DNA of 61,401 nt, the filler included, from Circinaria calcarea (lineage: Eukaryota), in the NCBI GenBank assembly GCA_051942165.1. It is 9 parts of 9 records of this genome, joined end to end, with 100 filler letters (N's around TTAATTAATTAA, not from the genome) between each part and the next. Parts side by side here need not be neighbours in the genome. Positions count along the whole stretch, not along the records: positions 6,851 to 13,590 come from JAVECS010001502.1; positions 13,691 to 20,430 come from JAVECS010001503.1; positions 20,531 to 27,267 come from JAVECS010001504.1; 6 more parts are not named here. One strand, written 5' to 3'. Below, one piece after another: positions 10,875 through 21,436 of the stretch. The position numbers were made by a program, and so were the translations under genes. The notes beneath the pieces are model-generated. The model ran no database searches, was not told the DNA's origin, and saw nothing but the letters and a program-made list of their open reading frames with translations. Position 1 is the first letter of the stretch, and the number at the start of each line of letters is the position of its first letter.

Positions 10875-12389
10875 ATGTCGACCAACCCTACAAACCCGTC
10901 AGTTACAAGCCCAGACCCCAGTGGCCGTGGTTCGGGGTACCAGCATATCACAGCTGCAGCGCAGCCCCAGTCCCTGGCCAAGAGGACTCCCACATTCGCC
11001 GTCCTTGATGCCGACGATACACCGACAACCCAATCCGGTGATGGCCGTGGAAGCGGCTATGAACCCAAGGAGGTCGCAGAGGAAAAGCCAGCTGTCGCGG
11101 AAAGAGATACAACTCAAGGAAGGCTTTCGCCAATCCCAACTCCCATTATCGCACATTCAAGGGAACACTCCCCTGAGCGGGAGTCTCGGCGAGAGGGCGG
11201 AAGTCCGGGATTCGGAGGCCGAGGCAGCGGTTATCAGGCCGTACAAAGAGACCTGAGTCCACACGGAAGCCTAAGAGAAAAGGAGAACCAGAGTCCAGGA
11301 TTCGGAGGCAGAGGCTCGGGATATCAGCAAACTCCATCAGGCAGAAGCTCGAGGGCAACAAGTCCAGCAAGGGCAGAGTCGAAAGGGCGCGAGCATTCTC
11401 ATGACTATCCTACTTTCTCCGACAACGGAGGCTATGGCGGCAGAGGTAGTGGCTACCAATCTCTTCCGACTGGGAAGAACTCGAGGGACGTGAGTCCGGC
11501 AAGGCAAGAGTTGAAGGTACACGAGCATTCCTACGATTACCCCAGTTCTTCCGACAATGGTGGTTATGGCGGCAGAGGCAGTGGATACCAATCCCTTCCT
11601 ACTGGGAGATCATCTTCCCCGGGATTCGGTGGTAGAGGATCCGGGTATCAACACACTCCCACCGGCGGAAGCCGAGGCACTAGTCCGGCAAGGTCTGAAC
11701 GTCACAGCCGTGAACACTCACACGATTATCCTCGCGAAGCAGGAGATGGGGGTTATGGCGGACGTGGAAGCGGTTACCAATCCACTCCTCCCTCCGCAGA
11801 ACACCGCAGGTCACACTCACCGGGGTATGGTGGAAGAGGAAGCGGATACCAGCACACTCCAACAGCTGGAAGCAGAGGCACAAGTCCAGCAAGATCCGAG
11901 CGTCATGGCCGCGAACACCACCATGACTATCCTCGTGAAGGAGGAAATGGTGGCTACGGCGGACGTGGGAGTGGGTACCAATCGACACCCACGTCAGACC
12001 ACCGCCGATCACCCTCGCCGGGGTATGGAGGAAGGGGAAGCGGATATCAGCACTCCCCTCCTATCGGAGGTAGTTCTCGAGGTGTCAGTCCAGCAAGATC
12101 CGAGCATCACTCGCATGACCATTCTCACGGCTATCCCCGGAGCGGTGGTAGCGATGGTGGTTTCGGGGGTCGAGGCAGTGGATACCAAACCACTCCTCCT
12201 TCCCGACGATCGCCTTCGCCGGCCCATAGTGGACATCAGCATAGTCCTAAAAGTAACAGCTCGAGGGAAAGGAGTCCGGATCCACGTCACCGTGCGCATG
12301 AGCACGAGCATTCACATGGCTATCCAAGAAGTGATGGGAGTGATGGTGGATTCGGAGGCAGAGGAAGCGGTTACCAAGCTCCCGAGTAG
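10875..12389 (+). CDS. 504-aa low-complexity protein with 13 GRGSGY repeats (function unknown)
   Basis: Long intronless ORF with good start context (ACAATGT). The motif is conserved in protein but not in codons, which supports a real coding frame. Confidence 0.85.
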   Translation: MSTNPTNPSVTSPDPSGRGSGYQHITAAAQPQSLAKRTPTFAVLDADDTPTTQSGDGRGSGYEPKEVAEEKPAVAERDTTQGRLSPIPTPIIAHSREHSPERESRREGGSPGFGGRGSGYQAVQRDLSPHGSLREKENQSPGFGGRGSGYQQTPSGRSSRATSPARAESKGREHSHDYPTFSDNGGYGGRGSGYQSLPTGKNSRDVSPARQELKVHEHSYDYPSSSDNGGYGGRGSGYQSLPTGRSSSPGFGGRGSGYQHTPTGGSRGTSPARSERHSREHSHDYPREAGDGGYGGRGSGYQSTPPSAEHRRSHSPGYGGRGSGYQHTPTAGSRGTSPARSERHGREHHHDYPREGGNGGYGGRGSGYQSTPTSDHRRSPSPGYGGRGSGYQHSPPIGGSSRGVSPARSEHHSHDHSHGYPRSGGSDGGFGGRGSGYQTTPPSRRSPSPAHSGHQHSPKSNSSRERSPDPRHRAHEHEHSHGYPRSDGSDGGFGGRGSGYQAPE

Positions 12390-13341
12390 AGAAGAAAGCT
12401 CGACAGCAGGAGTGTACGATTAAGATGAGATGTGGATATGAACACGGGTTACATGAACAAAAGCAAGAAAGAGTGTAAGAGTATGATCGAGGTCATTGTA
12501 AGATTAGGATTTAGAAAGAGCAATCTGCGTTTTCTTCATATTACCTTTGTTATTCTTATCGTCGGTGGCAATCAAGATCTTTCTAATGCTTTTGTATGAG
12601 TACTATCGATTGGCTTTTAGCGAGCGAAGAGAGGGACTGTCTGCCCTTGTTGTCTTTTGTACATTGATAGCGCTGGAAGCCAAAGATACAATGTCTGATT
12701 AGTCGCAAGATGAATTTCAACAGAAGCTTATTCTTTGTCCTTATTCGTACGGTCGCATAACTTTATTGGTCTATTGTTTTGACTGAGATGTTGTTTCAAG
12801 TGAAGGGGTGACTCTCTATACATTGCTCTTTAGAATTTCCAACAACTATGAAACAACAACTTTTTTCAATTCATTCAAACCAACGATTCATCCAGTTACA
12901 GGGTATTCTATACGTATTTCCACGGGGCACCTCGAGATTCGATATCTAAACCAGTTGGATCTATCTCCCTTTCCCAACCTTGGAAAAATCCAACAACTTC
13001 AAACATCCACATGCCCAATAACAAACCCAACATCAAGAACCCAACCATGGCCGACACGGAAACAGCTATATACTCTCTACGAGCTAGGCAAAATAATCTT
13101 CCTTACCAGAAGACATCCCAAAAAAAAAGAAAAACTAAGAACCATCACTTCACATTCCCCAAACTACCCGAACCATTCCAAAATCTAAAAGGAGATTCCC
13201 AGATCCGCAGATCTCAAAATCGCACAATCCAGCAGAAAACCCCCACCGCCAGGCTCCCAAAGGAAGGTCCCGCCCCGACGGCCAGAAAGGAAAGAAGAAG
13301 AAAAAAAAACCACTAGCCAAATCAAATCAAAATCAAACCAA

Positions 13342-13545
13342 ATGTCTATCCCCCGCTCTCGCTCTCAACCTCGCTCTCAATCTCGCTCCCACTCCCGCAC
13401 AAGCTCCCGCACAAACAAAAGCGCACACAGCAGCAGCAGCAGTAGCAGCAGCCGCCGAAAACCAAACACCCTCCCCACCCTCACTCTCATCCTCCTCGTC
13501 GTCGGTATCGCCATACTGGCAAAGGTGTGGATTGATAGTTTATAA
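13342..13545 (+). CDS. Possible small SR-rich protein with a C-terminal transmembrane helix
   Basis: MSIPRSRSQPRSQSRSHS...LTLILLVVGIAILAKVWIDSL; lies in low-complexity sequence at the contig end. Confidence 0.3.
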   Translation: MSIPRSRSQPRSQSRSHSRTSSRTNKSAHSSSSSSSSRRKPNTLPTLTLILLVVGIAILAKVWIDSL

Positions 13546-13590
13546 GTGTGTGTGTGTTGGGGATTTTTTTTTTGGTGGGGTGGGGAAGGG

Positions 13591-13690
13591 NNNNNNNNNN
13601 NNNNNNNNNNNNNNNNNNNNNNNNNNNNNNNNNNTTAATTAATTAANNNNNNNNNNNNNNNNNNNNNNNNNNNNNNNNNNNNNNNNNNNN
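13591..13690. other. Artificial contig-joining spacer
   Basis: N44-TTAATTAATTAA-N44. Confidence 0.98.
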
Positions 13691-14618
13691 TATGAAAGAC
13701 GTCGGATTCGAGGAAGTGGCATGGTCTGATGGCGATGCGCCAGAGTCACAAATGATCCGTGTTATTGCTGGTTTCAATTCAGCACGCGCCTAATATGGGG
13801 CCACCTATCCAGTCATTTCATATTAAATGCACGTATCCCAAACAAGGTTACTGTACCCCATTCGAAGCAGTTGTCCAGAAACAGACCAAATATGAAAAAG
13901 CATAGGGCTTCAAGTATAACCTACGTGTCGTACGGGGTCTACCATGTTTCATGCTCAACATTCCCCACAGATTTGTTTTCCGCGGAATGGTCATTTGGAT
14001 AAATACACACATGGCAATAAAGACATGCCACCATACATAGCTGCTCCACACCATTCCTCTGATGAAGTCGAGGGGGGGTTTGGAACATGTCATCATCATC
14101 ACACTTTGCAAATCTGACTCTGTAGTGTGGCACGCGGTTCCACGGGGGTTATGGTGAGGTGCACCTCGCTTCTGCGAGGTGTTTATGGCCGCCTTTGGAG
14201 GCTTTTTCATCGCCACCAGAAAGAAACAATTGCCGCTTTGAACAAGAACTTTAAAGCAGCATGATACTATTTTAAATAGTATCATAATCTAGACTGTATC
14301 AGTAGCCAATAAGCATAATATCATTGCCGCCGGCATAGTCCCTGCATATTGAGCATCATGCGACTTGCCCATTTTATCCTAGTACTCAGCCGAGTTTAGC
14401 TCAGACAAGCCCTCCTTGTCTCAGAAACCTCAGACTGCTTTTGCTTCGCTGCCGCGTATTTTTCGGAATGGCTGTATGTAGTTAGTAGATGCTAAAAATA
14501 GCGTGCGCGCGAAGCGCAGTCTGAGGGAATTGTCCAGCCTTTTTGGTGAGGGGAACAACATTTTTGTATGAGAGGTGATTTTTTCAAATTAATCAACAAC
14601 CAATAAATAAACTTAAAC

Positions 14619-17257
14619 ATGGCTTTCAGTACTCGTTCCAATCATCCTTTCGAACAAATTGTCAGAGCGGATTGTTCTATTACGCCCGCATCGAGGCCTC
14701 AGAAGCGCCGCCGTTCTGGCTTAGCTCCTCTTTCTCCCACTTCCACCCCCTATCAGCCTGCCTCCACCCCTTACCAGCGACCTCAAACTAAGCCGTATTG
14801 GACTGCTAGGCAGAAGGCGGATGATATATTAGAGTATATGAGAGACCGGTATCGATGGGGTATTAAAGATTTAATTCGAAGCCTCGCCTGTGACCCGTTA
14901 GAAAACTCGCAAAGAAACACTGGCAATAATAGCAAGGAGGACAGAACGGGCAGAATCATTGAAGCCATATGGGGCCATACAGAAGTTTTGAATGAGTTTG
15001 AAAACCATACCACTTTTCCTGGGCTGAGCACGTACAGAAGAGAATTAGATGCGTTGGAAAGCACCACTCTATTCAATAAATGGAGTAACACAATTGAAAT
15101 CGATCAATTAGATCTTTCTCATGCCTTTCGATATATTGAACGCCTTGCTCCTATGCTTCTGCAATTGTTGAAAGCTCTTGGTGCTCCTACCCGTGAGCGG
15201 AAAGATCGGCCAGGTCGCCAGTTTGAATCTACAGAAGGTCGATTTGTTCTTATATTTTCAACCCTTTGCTTTACCCGCCGTCGAAACACCTGCACTAATA
15301 TCCCAAAATTACTCGGGTTATACTTTCAATCAATGGGTGTTAAAAGACGGGTTCTGCAAGTTCTAGCTGGGTTGGGTGTTTGCGAGAGCTACCATACCAT
15401 GAACCATTTAAACGAGGGTATCGCCACTGAAGCTAAGACTCGTTTGGCCGATGCAGGCGTTCTGATACAGTCATTGTATACGACAACTTCGATTATGAGG
15501 AGCGTGTTCGACATCAACGAGTTGGTGACCATGGGGTAATGAGGAACGTTACCAGTGGGTTGCTTCTACACGGAACCTTACCTCCGGAAGGGCTACGGCA
15601 AGATATGCTACGTGAGGAGGTCCCGTTGAAGCTGAAGGATATCATCAATGCGCCTGGCAATCAGTATGATGATATTCAGAAGAAGGTATGCTGAGAATAT
15701 GGATCTTCTGTATGGCACATGCTAACAATAATTAGTAGATTTCTATTTATTTCATTGCTTAAGCGCTTCAAAAGCAGCACCTAAAAGCTATCAACCGGTT
15801 ATTCGCAGATACCGAATACCTGCAATGCCTTGCCTCGATGTGCTGGAAGCTCGCCAAACACATCACTTTTCCCTCGGTCCTATACTGAGTAACGAAGGGA
15901 CTATTCAGGGGACCTATGAGGTGCTTGAAACGATTTTCAAAGACCAGCTGCATTGCAGGACTGGGAATTTTGGCAATAGGCTATGGCTAGTGTATGGAGA
16001 TCAGAAAACCGTATCCAATATCCGGAGCGTGATCAATCAACGAAGGGAGGCATTATATGGGTTTGAGCGTCACGGTTGGGTATTGCCTCTTTCGGCATTC
16101 TTCCACCTTCGTCAAACATACCTATAGATGATGCAGGCGGCTCATTTTAGCGGTGAGAATCAGAACTCGCCATCAACGTTATATCATAACATAAACTTCT
16201 GGAATCGGCATCATATTCCTGCAGTCAAGGGGTCATTCCATCACGTGGAGGAGCTCGTTATGCATAGCTTTGAGGCCCGTATTATAGCATTCTTCTACAC
16301 CGTCATACAAAAGGCTAATGTTGGTATCGATTCTGCTGAAACCATTGAAGGATACCTTAAAACGGTGACTACCGAACGGTATTTGGAAATAGTTAAAAAA
16401 GTATATCGCATAGCGTTTAATAAAGAGGTACAACAACCGGCCATTCGGAAAGATACCGCGCATGAAGATGAGGAGTTCTCGAATCATATTCGATACCTCC
16501 AGCACGCCGAAACCTATGCCGTTCTGAAATACGCTATAAAATATGGCGATATTGACCTTATAGAGCGTGCAATTGATCGATGCTGCATATATTTTCATGG
16601 ATCCAATCAAATTAAATACGCCTATGAAATGCTTCTATACAAACGACTTCTTGCTACCGATACGGCTACTCCGGAGCTAAAACGAGCCATTCTAGCCAAT
16701 GGTCTTATCAATACACGAGGCAAAAAGGATAGCTTCGTGGCGATCGATTTAATCAACGAACAGCTAAATCTTACGTTGAAAGAAATCCTTTGGGCACGTC
16801 GAACATCTACATATGGTATAGACAAGCTATTCAGTCGTACCGCCTTAACATCTAGCTACTGCGGCTCCTTGAAAGAATGCCTGAAGGCGGAATTTGGTGA
16901 ACATACCAATACAGAACATACGACCAAGGCATCAAGCATTGACGTACGGGATCTTGCCTATGAAATGGCCAAAGGCTCAATCAAACGCCAGCCCAATGGT
17001 AGAACTGTCACGTTCAAAGCCCCGCATCTCGTGGTGCTTGGAAGTCGTCGGCTCATAACCAAATCGTTGGCGGAGTTCAATCAGAGGGTTGTGTATATAA
17101 CCGATCAATTGGCGCCTATTCTAATGATGAAATCGAAGATGCTGGGGCAGGAGAGTTACCAGATGGTAGCTTTCCTTTAGATCTACAGGTAAGTTAATCC
17201 GTATATGCCATATTATATGCCATATTCTAATAAACGAATTAGCCAGAAGAAGGATAA
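14619..17257 (+). pseudogene. DUF6589-like putative DDE transposase, disrupted
   Basis: Motifs across frames: LGLYFQSMGVKRRVLQVLAGLGVCESY, IVYDNFDY, LVYGDQKT, PLSAFFHL, AIKYGDI..YFHGSNQIKYAYEML, LINTRGKKDSFVAIDLINEQLN. Frameshifts near 15460, 15820 and 17110; stops TAA 15760 and TAG 16125; two GT-AG introns. Confidence 0.72.
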
Positions 17258-18058
17258 TGCGGGTTATTACAGAGGTTCTGATAATGGGTTTGAGGTGTTA
17301 AATGGCAATTTACTGCGAGGAGGGTCGTGTAATAGGTAGTTGTAGGCGTTCACACCAAACCGTGATCTTCGATTATTAGCTTTTTGGTCAACAACCACTG
17401 GGCGGAATTAATTACTTCAAAGGTTATATAATAGAGCAGAGCATTTAGCATAGATTATCAGAGCGGATTTAATCAATTATGCGTGGTGGTTACGTGTACT
17501 GAAGTTGTTTTTATATACGCCTTTCGATAAACCCTTGACGCACGTAAAGCCACTTTGGCCCTTTCAATTGCATGTATAATAAGGGTTAGTGTGTGAGCGA
17601 GTGATTATTGAACGAAATTTTCGACTAACCATACTGCCACCTCCATTTCGGCTTCTAAACTGCGCGCGACTTGGCGCGAGAGCGACGGCGATTAATATAA
17701 CAACCCCGGAACTTCCTTATTATACGTTCTTATGAGTACTGGTCTTCTGCACTATATAAAGGTGGTTACCGCGCTGGAGTCAGTTCTTTATTTCAGATTA
17801 GAACTTGGTTTGACTGGGCAGGGAAAACATCTACTTTACCCACTTGAACACCTGCCATTAACGAGGAATGACGTATTTTCACATGCAGCAAGGCAACTCA
17901 GATCCATGGGCCGAGGTTGATAGAAAGTGTAGAGTAGTGAGCTTCGCGTATATATTTTAACATTTATGTTTTGCATTCTGCACTCCTTAACTCTTGTATC
18001 TAAGTAAGATCGTAAATATCCAACGCACGATACCGAACAATTAAATCCATAAATCGCC

Positions 18059-19283
18059 ATGGCTGAATGTCCGCTAAATTCACAGCCGGAAGTTATGCAA
18101 GCGCACAAAATCATCCCCCAGGCGAACATTCCTGCTTTCCTACTCACGCCTCCTTTGACCAATGGAAAAAGTTCTCTCCCAATAACACCCGAGAAAAGAA
18201 CTGTCCAAGAAGTCCTAGAGATTTTCAAGAGACATCAACAAGGTCTTTTAAAGGATCAAGACTTAATATTATTACCATTACGATCTTCGTCCTACACCAA
18301 ATTACGGGAACAACTCAAGGCCGATGATTCTCTCCGAGAATACGTGGATAATACTATCAGGTAGAGATAATTATTCTTTTAAACGTTTTTAACTAAGTTA
18401 TTTAGACTTGACTACGATCCGGTATCAGAATTGTTAACCATCAAGATGACCGCTAGCCCTGCGCACGAAACAGTCACTGCGGCAATTACCCAATCCGTCT
18501 CTCTACAACTAGAAAATCATACAACGGGAGATGGTCCGGTGGCCACATATGCTCGAAAAATCTACTGCATGGGTACTTCTCGTATCTATCTTCTATATAA
18601 TGAAGTAGAATTTGAAAAGTCCCCTGATAATCAGTTCATACATTTAGAGGCGTCTTACCCTGGAGTAGTATTCGAGATTTCATACTCTCAGGAAGGAGCA
18701 AACCTGGAAAGCTTAGCCGAGACTTATATATTATGCTCCAATGGAGATATTCGAGTTGTTGTCGGAATAGATATGGATTATCCATCTATTTCATCAGCCT
18801 CAGTATCTCTTTGGCAAGCAAAATATATAGAAGAACCTGATACGACGATGCCTACCGTAATGGTCGATACGGTAGTAAAAAATCAGGTGAGAATCATATA
18901 GATATTAATACACATTGGTTAACGCGATATAGGTTATCTCAGAATCTATTAATCATCCTTTCAAACTTGACATCACTCTAGACAAGTTTGGGCCTGAGGA
19001 ATTCGCCATAAATTTGAAAGAAACGCCTATACCAGTAATCACTATTACTATGACGGATTTGGCTCGAGCTATTCAACGAGCGAGAATAGGTCGGATCAGA
19101 GAAAGTCGTCGACAGATTGATAGAGCTGTTTCCAAGGTGAGGCGCCCATCAGGTTTACTCTCGGAGGATAAAAATCCGCCGAGAACGGATGATTCGAATA
19201 ACGAGGCGGAGGACCGGCAAGAAAACCGGGAAACAGATCAGGATTCTGATGACAAGGATCAGGATTGTGATTACGAGGATTAG
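18059..19283 (+). CDS. Fungal Uma2-like PD-(D/E)XK nuclease-fold protein; introns 18361-18405 and 18887-18932; probably truncated by a premature stop (older end at 19373)
   Basis: Spliced frame reads LDYDP..IKMTASPAHE..KSPDNQF..YPGVVFEISYSQ..LAETYILCSNGDIRVVVGIDMDY. Both introns rejoin in frame. Confidence 0.65.
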
Positions 19284-19307
19284 GATTCTGATTACGAGGA
19301 TCAGGAT
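19236..19307 (+). repeat. 21-bp tandem repeat, about 3.4 copies (DQDSDYE-like)
   Basis: gatcaggattctgatgacaag / gatcaggattgtgattacgag / gattaggattctgattacgag / gatcaggat. Confidence 0.9.
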
Positions 19308-19483
19308 CCCAAACGATCTTACGAGCCAAGTGAAGGAAACCCCCATCCATTAAAGAGAAGACGAAGAAACTGAACATTATCTTTTCTAATGTGGTGGAGC
19401 CAGAAGCAGTCAGTCTGGAAGGTATGGGTTTCGGTACTTCTTTTGGCGCAAGAATAGAAGGATATGCTGCAAGAAAAGTTGCC

Positions 19484-19486
<3 letters not shown>

Positions 19487-19567
<81 letters not shown>
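19487..19567 (+). repeat. Perfect (CAA)27 microsatellite
   Basis: Read directly from the sequence. Confidence 0.97.
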
Positions 19568-19568
19568 C

Positions 19569-19946
19569 GATAATGGGAGTAAGGCCGCGGTCATTTAAAT
19601 GGGCAAGTCACTCGACGCCGAATAGGCCCGCCACAAGATCCGCGTCAACTCCATCTCGCCGGGCTACATGGGCACGGCCCTGAACCGGGTCCCAGCCCTG
19701 GACGCGCAGAAGAAGGTCTAGACCAGCATAATACTCCAGACCCCGCTGGGCAATGTGGATGAGCTGAACAACCTGGCCATCTATCTGGCCAGTGATGCGA
19801 GCTCGTTTATCACGGGCAGCAACTACATCATTGATGTAGATGATCACCACCTCTCTTTGCTGTTTTGGTTCTGGCCTTGCTCCCTGTACTGATTCATTGC
19901 TTTGGTTTTTTCTTATTCATCACAGGGCGGTTACTCAGCCTATTAG
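19569..19946 (+). pseudogene. C-terminal fragment of a short-chain dehydrogenase/reductase (polyol/sorbose reductase-like) with 3 stops
   Basis: NGSKAAVI*MGKSLDAE*ARHKIRVNSISPGYMGTALN...KKV*T...LAIYLASDASSFITGSNYIID|GGYSAY, with the last intron retained. Not in the ORF track. Confidence 0.88.
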
Positions 19947-20430
19947 GCTTCGTTTTCTGATTCCAACGGGCTTCGTTTGAGTGGGTGGGGGTGCCGGAGG
20001 CAGTTCTCCTTGGCTGACTGATGGATGGTGGAGTTCCGGGGTTTCCTATGGGGAGATGGATAGGATAGCCTCTTTGTGTGCTATGGCTCATGGCTCATGG
20101 CTCGGTGGAACGGGAAAAAGGGTATTACGGGATAAGTTCCGTCGTGGCTCACGTTTTCCTCTATTCTGCATGCATTGCTGCATTGATGACGATGTACATG
20201 AATGCCGAAAACCAAACAGCATAGAACATGTTCGACAAGTCCCCTGGGACATTCATTACCATCCATCGAATCACCATAGCCAAAGTTCCCACCATACGTA
20301 CCATCGCCAGCACATCGCCAGCATATCGCCAGCACAATCCAATCCTTGGACCTTTCCGATTATCAAAATCAGCCCATCCCGAAATCTTCCCTTGACCTTG
20401 AAAAATCCTCAAATCCTCAAATATTACCTC

Positions 20431-20530
20431 NNNNNNNNNNNNNNNNNNNNNNNNNNNNNNNNNNNNNNNNNNNNTTAATTAATTAANNNNNNNNNNNNNN
20501 NNNNNNNNNNNNNNNNNNNNNNNNNNNNNN
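20431..20530. other. Artificial contig-joining spacer
   Basis: N44-TTAATTAATTAA-N44. Confidence 0.98.
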
Positions 20531-21127
20531 CCCAATCTCCCCCCCAACTTCGCCTCCTTCATCACCCCCCTCTCCTTCAACAAGCTCGACCTCAAAGACT
20601 ACCTTTACAACGCCTACGACATCCCCGTGCTCTCCGTCCGGAGTTACATCCAGCAGCAAAGCGTGACGCAGGATCGGCCGGGGGCGAAGCTGCCGAAGCA
20701 GAGGAGGTGGTTCCGCGGGCGGAGTATCAAGAAGATGACGGTGGAGATGGCGCCGGAGGGTGTGGGTGGGGGGAGAGGGGGAGCGTTTGTGTGGCCGGAG
20801 GAGGAGGCCGATTTGGATGCGTGAGTTTCTTCCCGCACCTAATTCTCTTTTTTTTAAGGGAGAGGACCCTAGATTGACTGGATGATGGGACAATATATGC
20901 TGACTGGCGTCTTTGGGGAATTCAGATGGGATAAAGAAATCTACGACAAAGCGAAAAAAGCGCAAGAGGAGCAAATGGAACTCATGAGCCCTAAAGGCCC
21001 AAGGATACCGAAGAAAGATGGGATGACAATCGCTGAGCAGGCGAAAGCACTACTGCAAGGGAAAGAGGTTTGGAGGCCAAGTTGGAAGGATTATGGAGTG
21101 GCGAGGGAGGTGGAGGTAGGAAGGTAA
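20531..21127 (+). CDS. MRP20: Mitochondrial ribosomal protein uL23m, 5'-partial; intron 20821-20925
   Basis: PLSFNKLDLKDYLYNAYDIPVLSVRSYIQQ...RWFR..SIKKMTVEM..FVWPEE..DLDA|WDKE. Confidence 0.85.
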
Positions 21128-21436
21128 ATGCAATGAGGAGATAATGGGCCGTGAGAATGGACCAGATGGTAAGCCGGTAATGTTATATAGAGCTCTGGCC
21201 ATGAGTGGGGAGTACCGCGGTGCAAGCAGCTTACTTGGTTGGCTCATATATATATATTATCACAGGTGCATGATCAGGTTATAAAGATATATAGACGCGA
21301 ATGTCCAAAGGGTTTGAAAGTTCCATATGCTTGAATTTTAAATATAATGAACGCTGATTCCTGCACGCCACCCGCTATGTGATCAGACTCTCAGACCCAG
21401 ACGCAACGCTATCCAAGGACAACATACACAATTCCC

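Noticed and set aside
10875..12389. GRGSGY protein as a classical Kex2-processed dikaritin/KEP precursor
   Set aside because: No signal peptide, no regular KR sites flanking the repeats, and no DUF3328 or tailoring gene on the contig. Kept only as a remote option.
11557..12423. 288-aa overlapping ORF in another frame of the GRGSGY gene
   Set aside because: Its repeats vary freely (AEAV, VEDP, DVEAV) while the other frame is invariant, so it is a shadow frame.
13691..14372. Minus-strand ORF fragments divergent from the DUF6589-like gene
   Set aside because: No recognisable motif in the frames I translated; may be a decayed gene but cannot be supported.
19319..19594. Poly-Q and poly-L ORFs
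   Set aside because: By-products of the (CAA)27 microsatellite.
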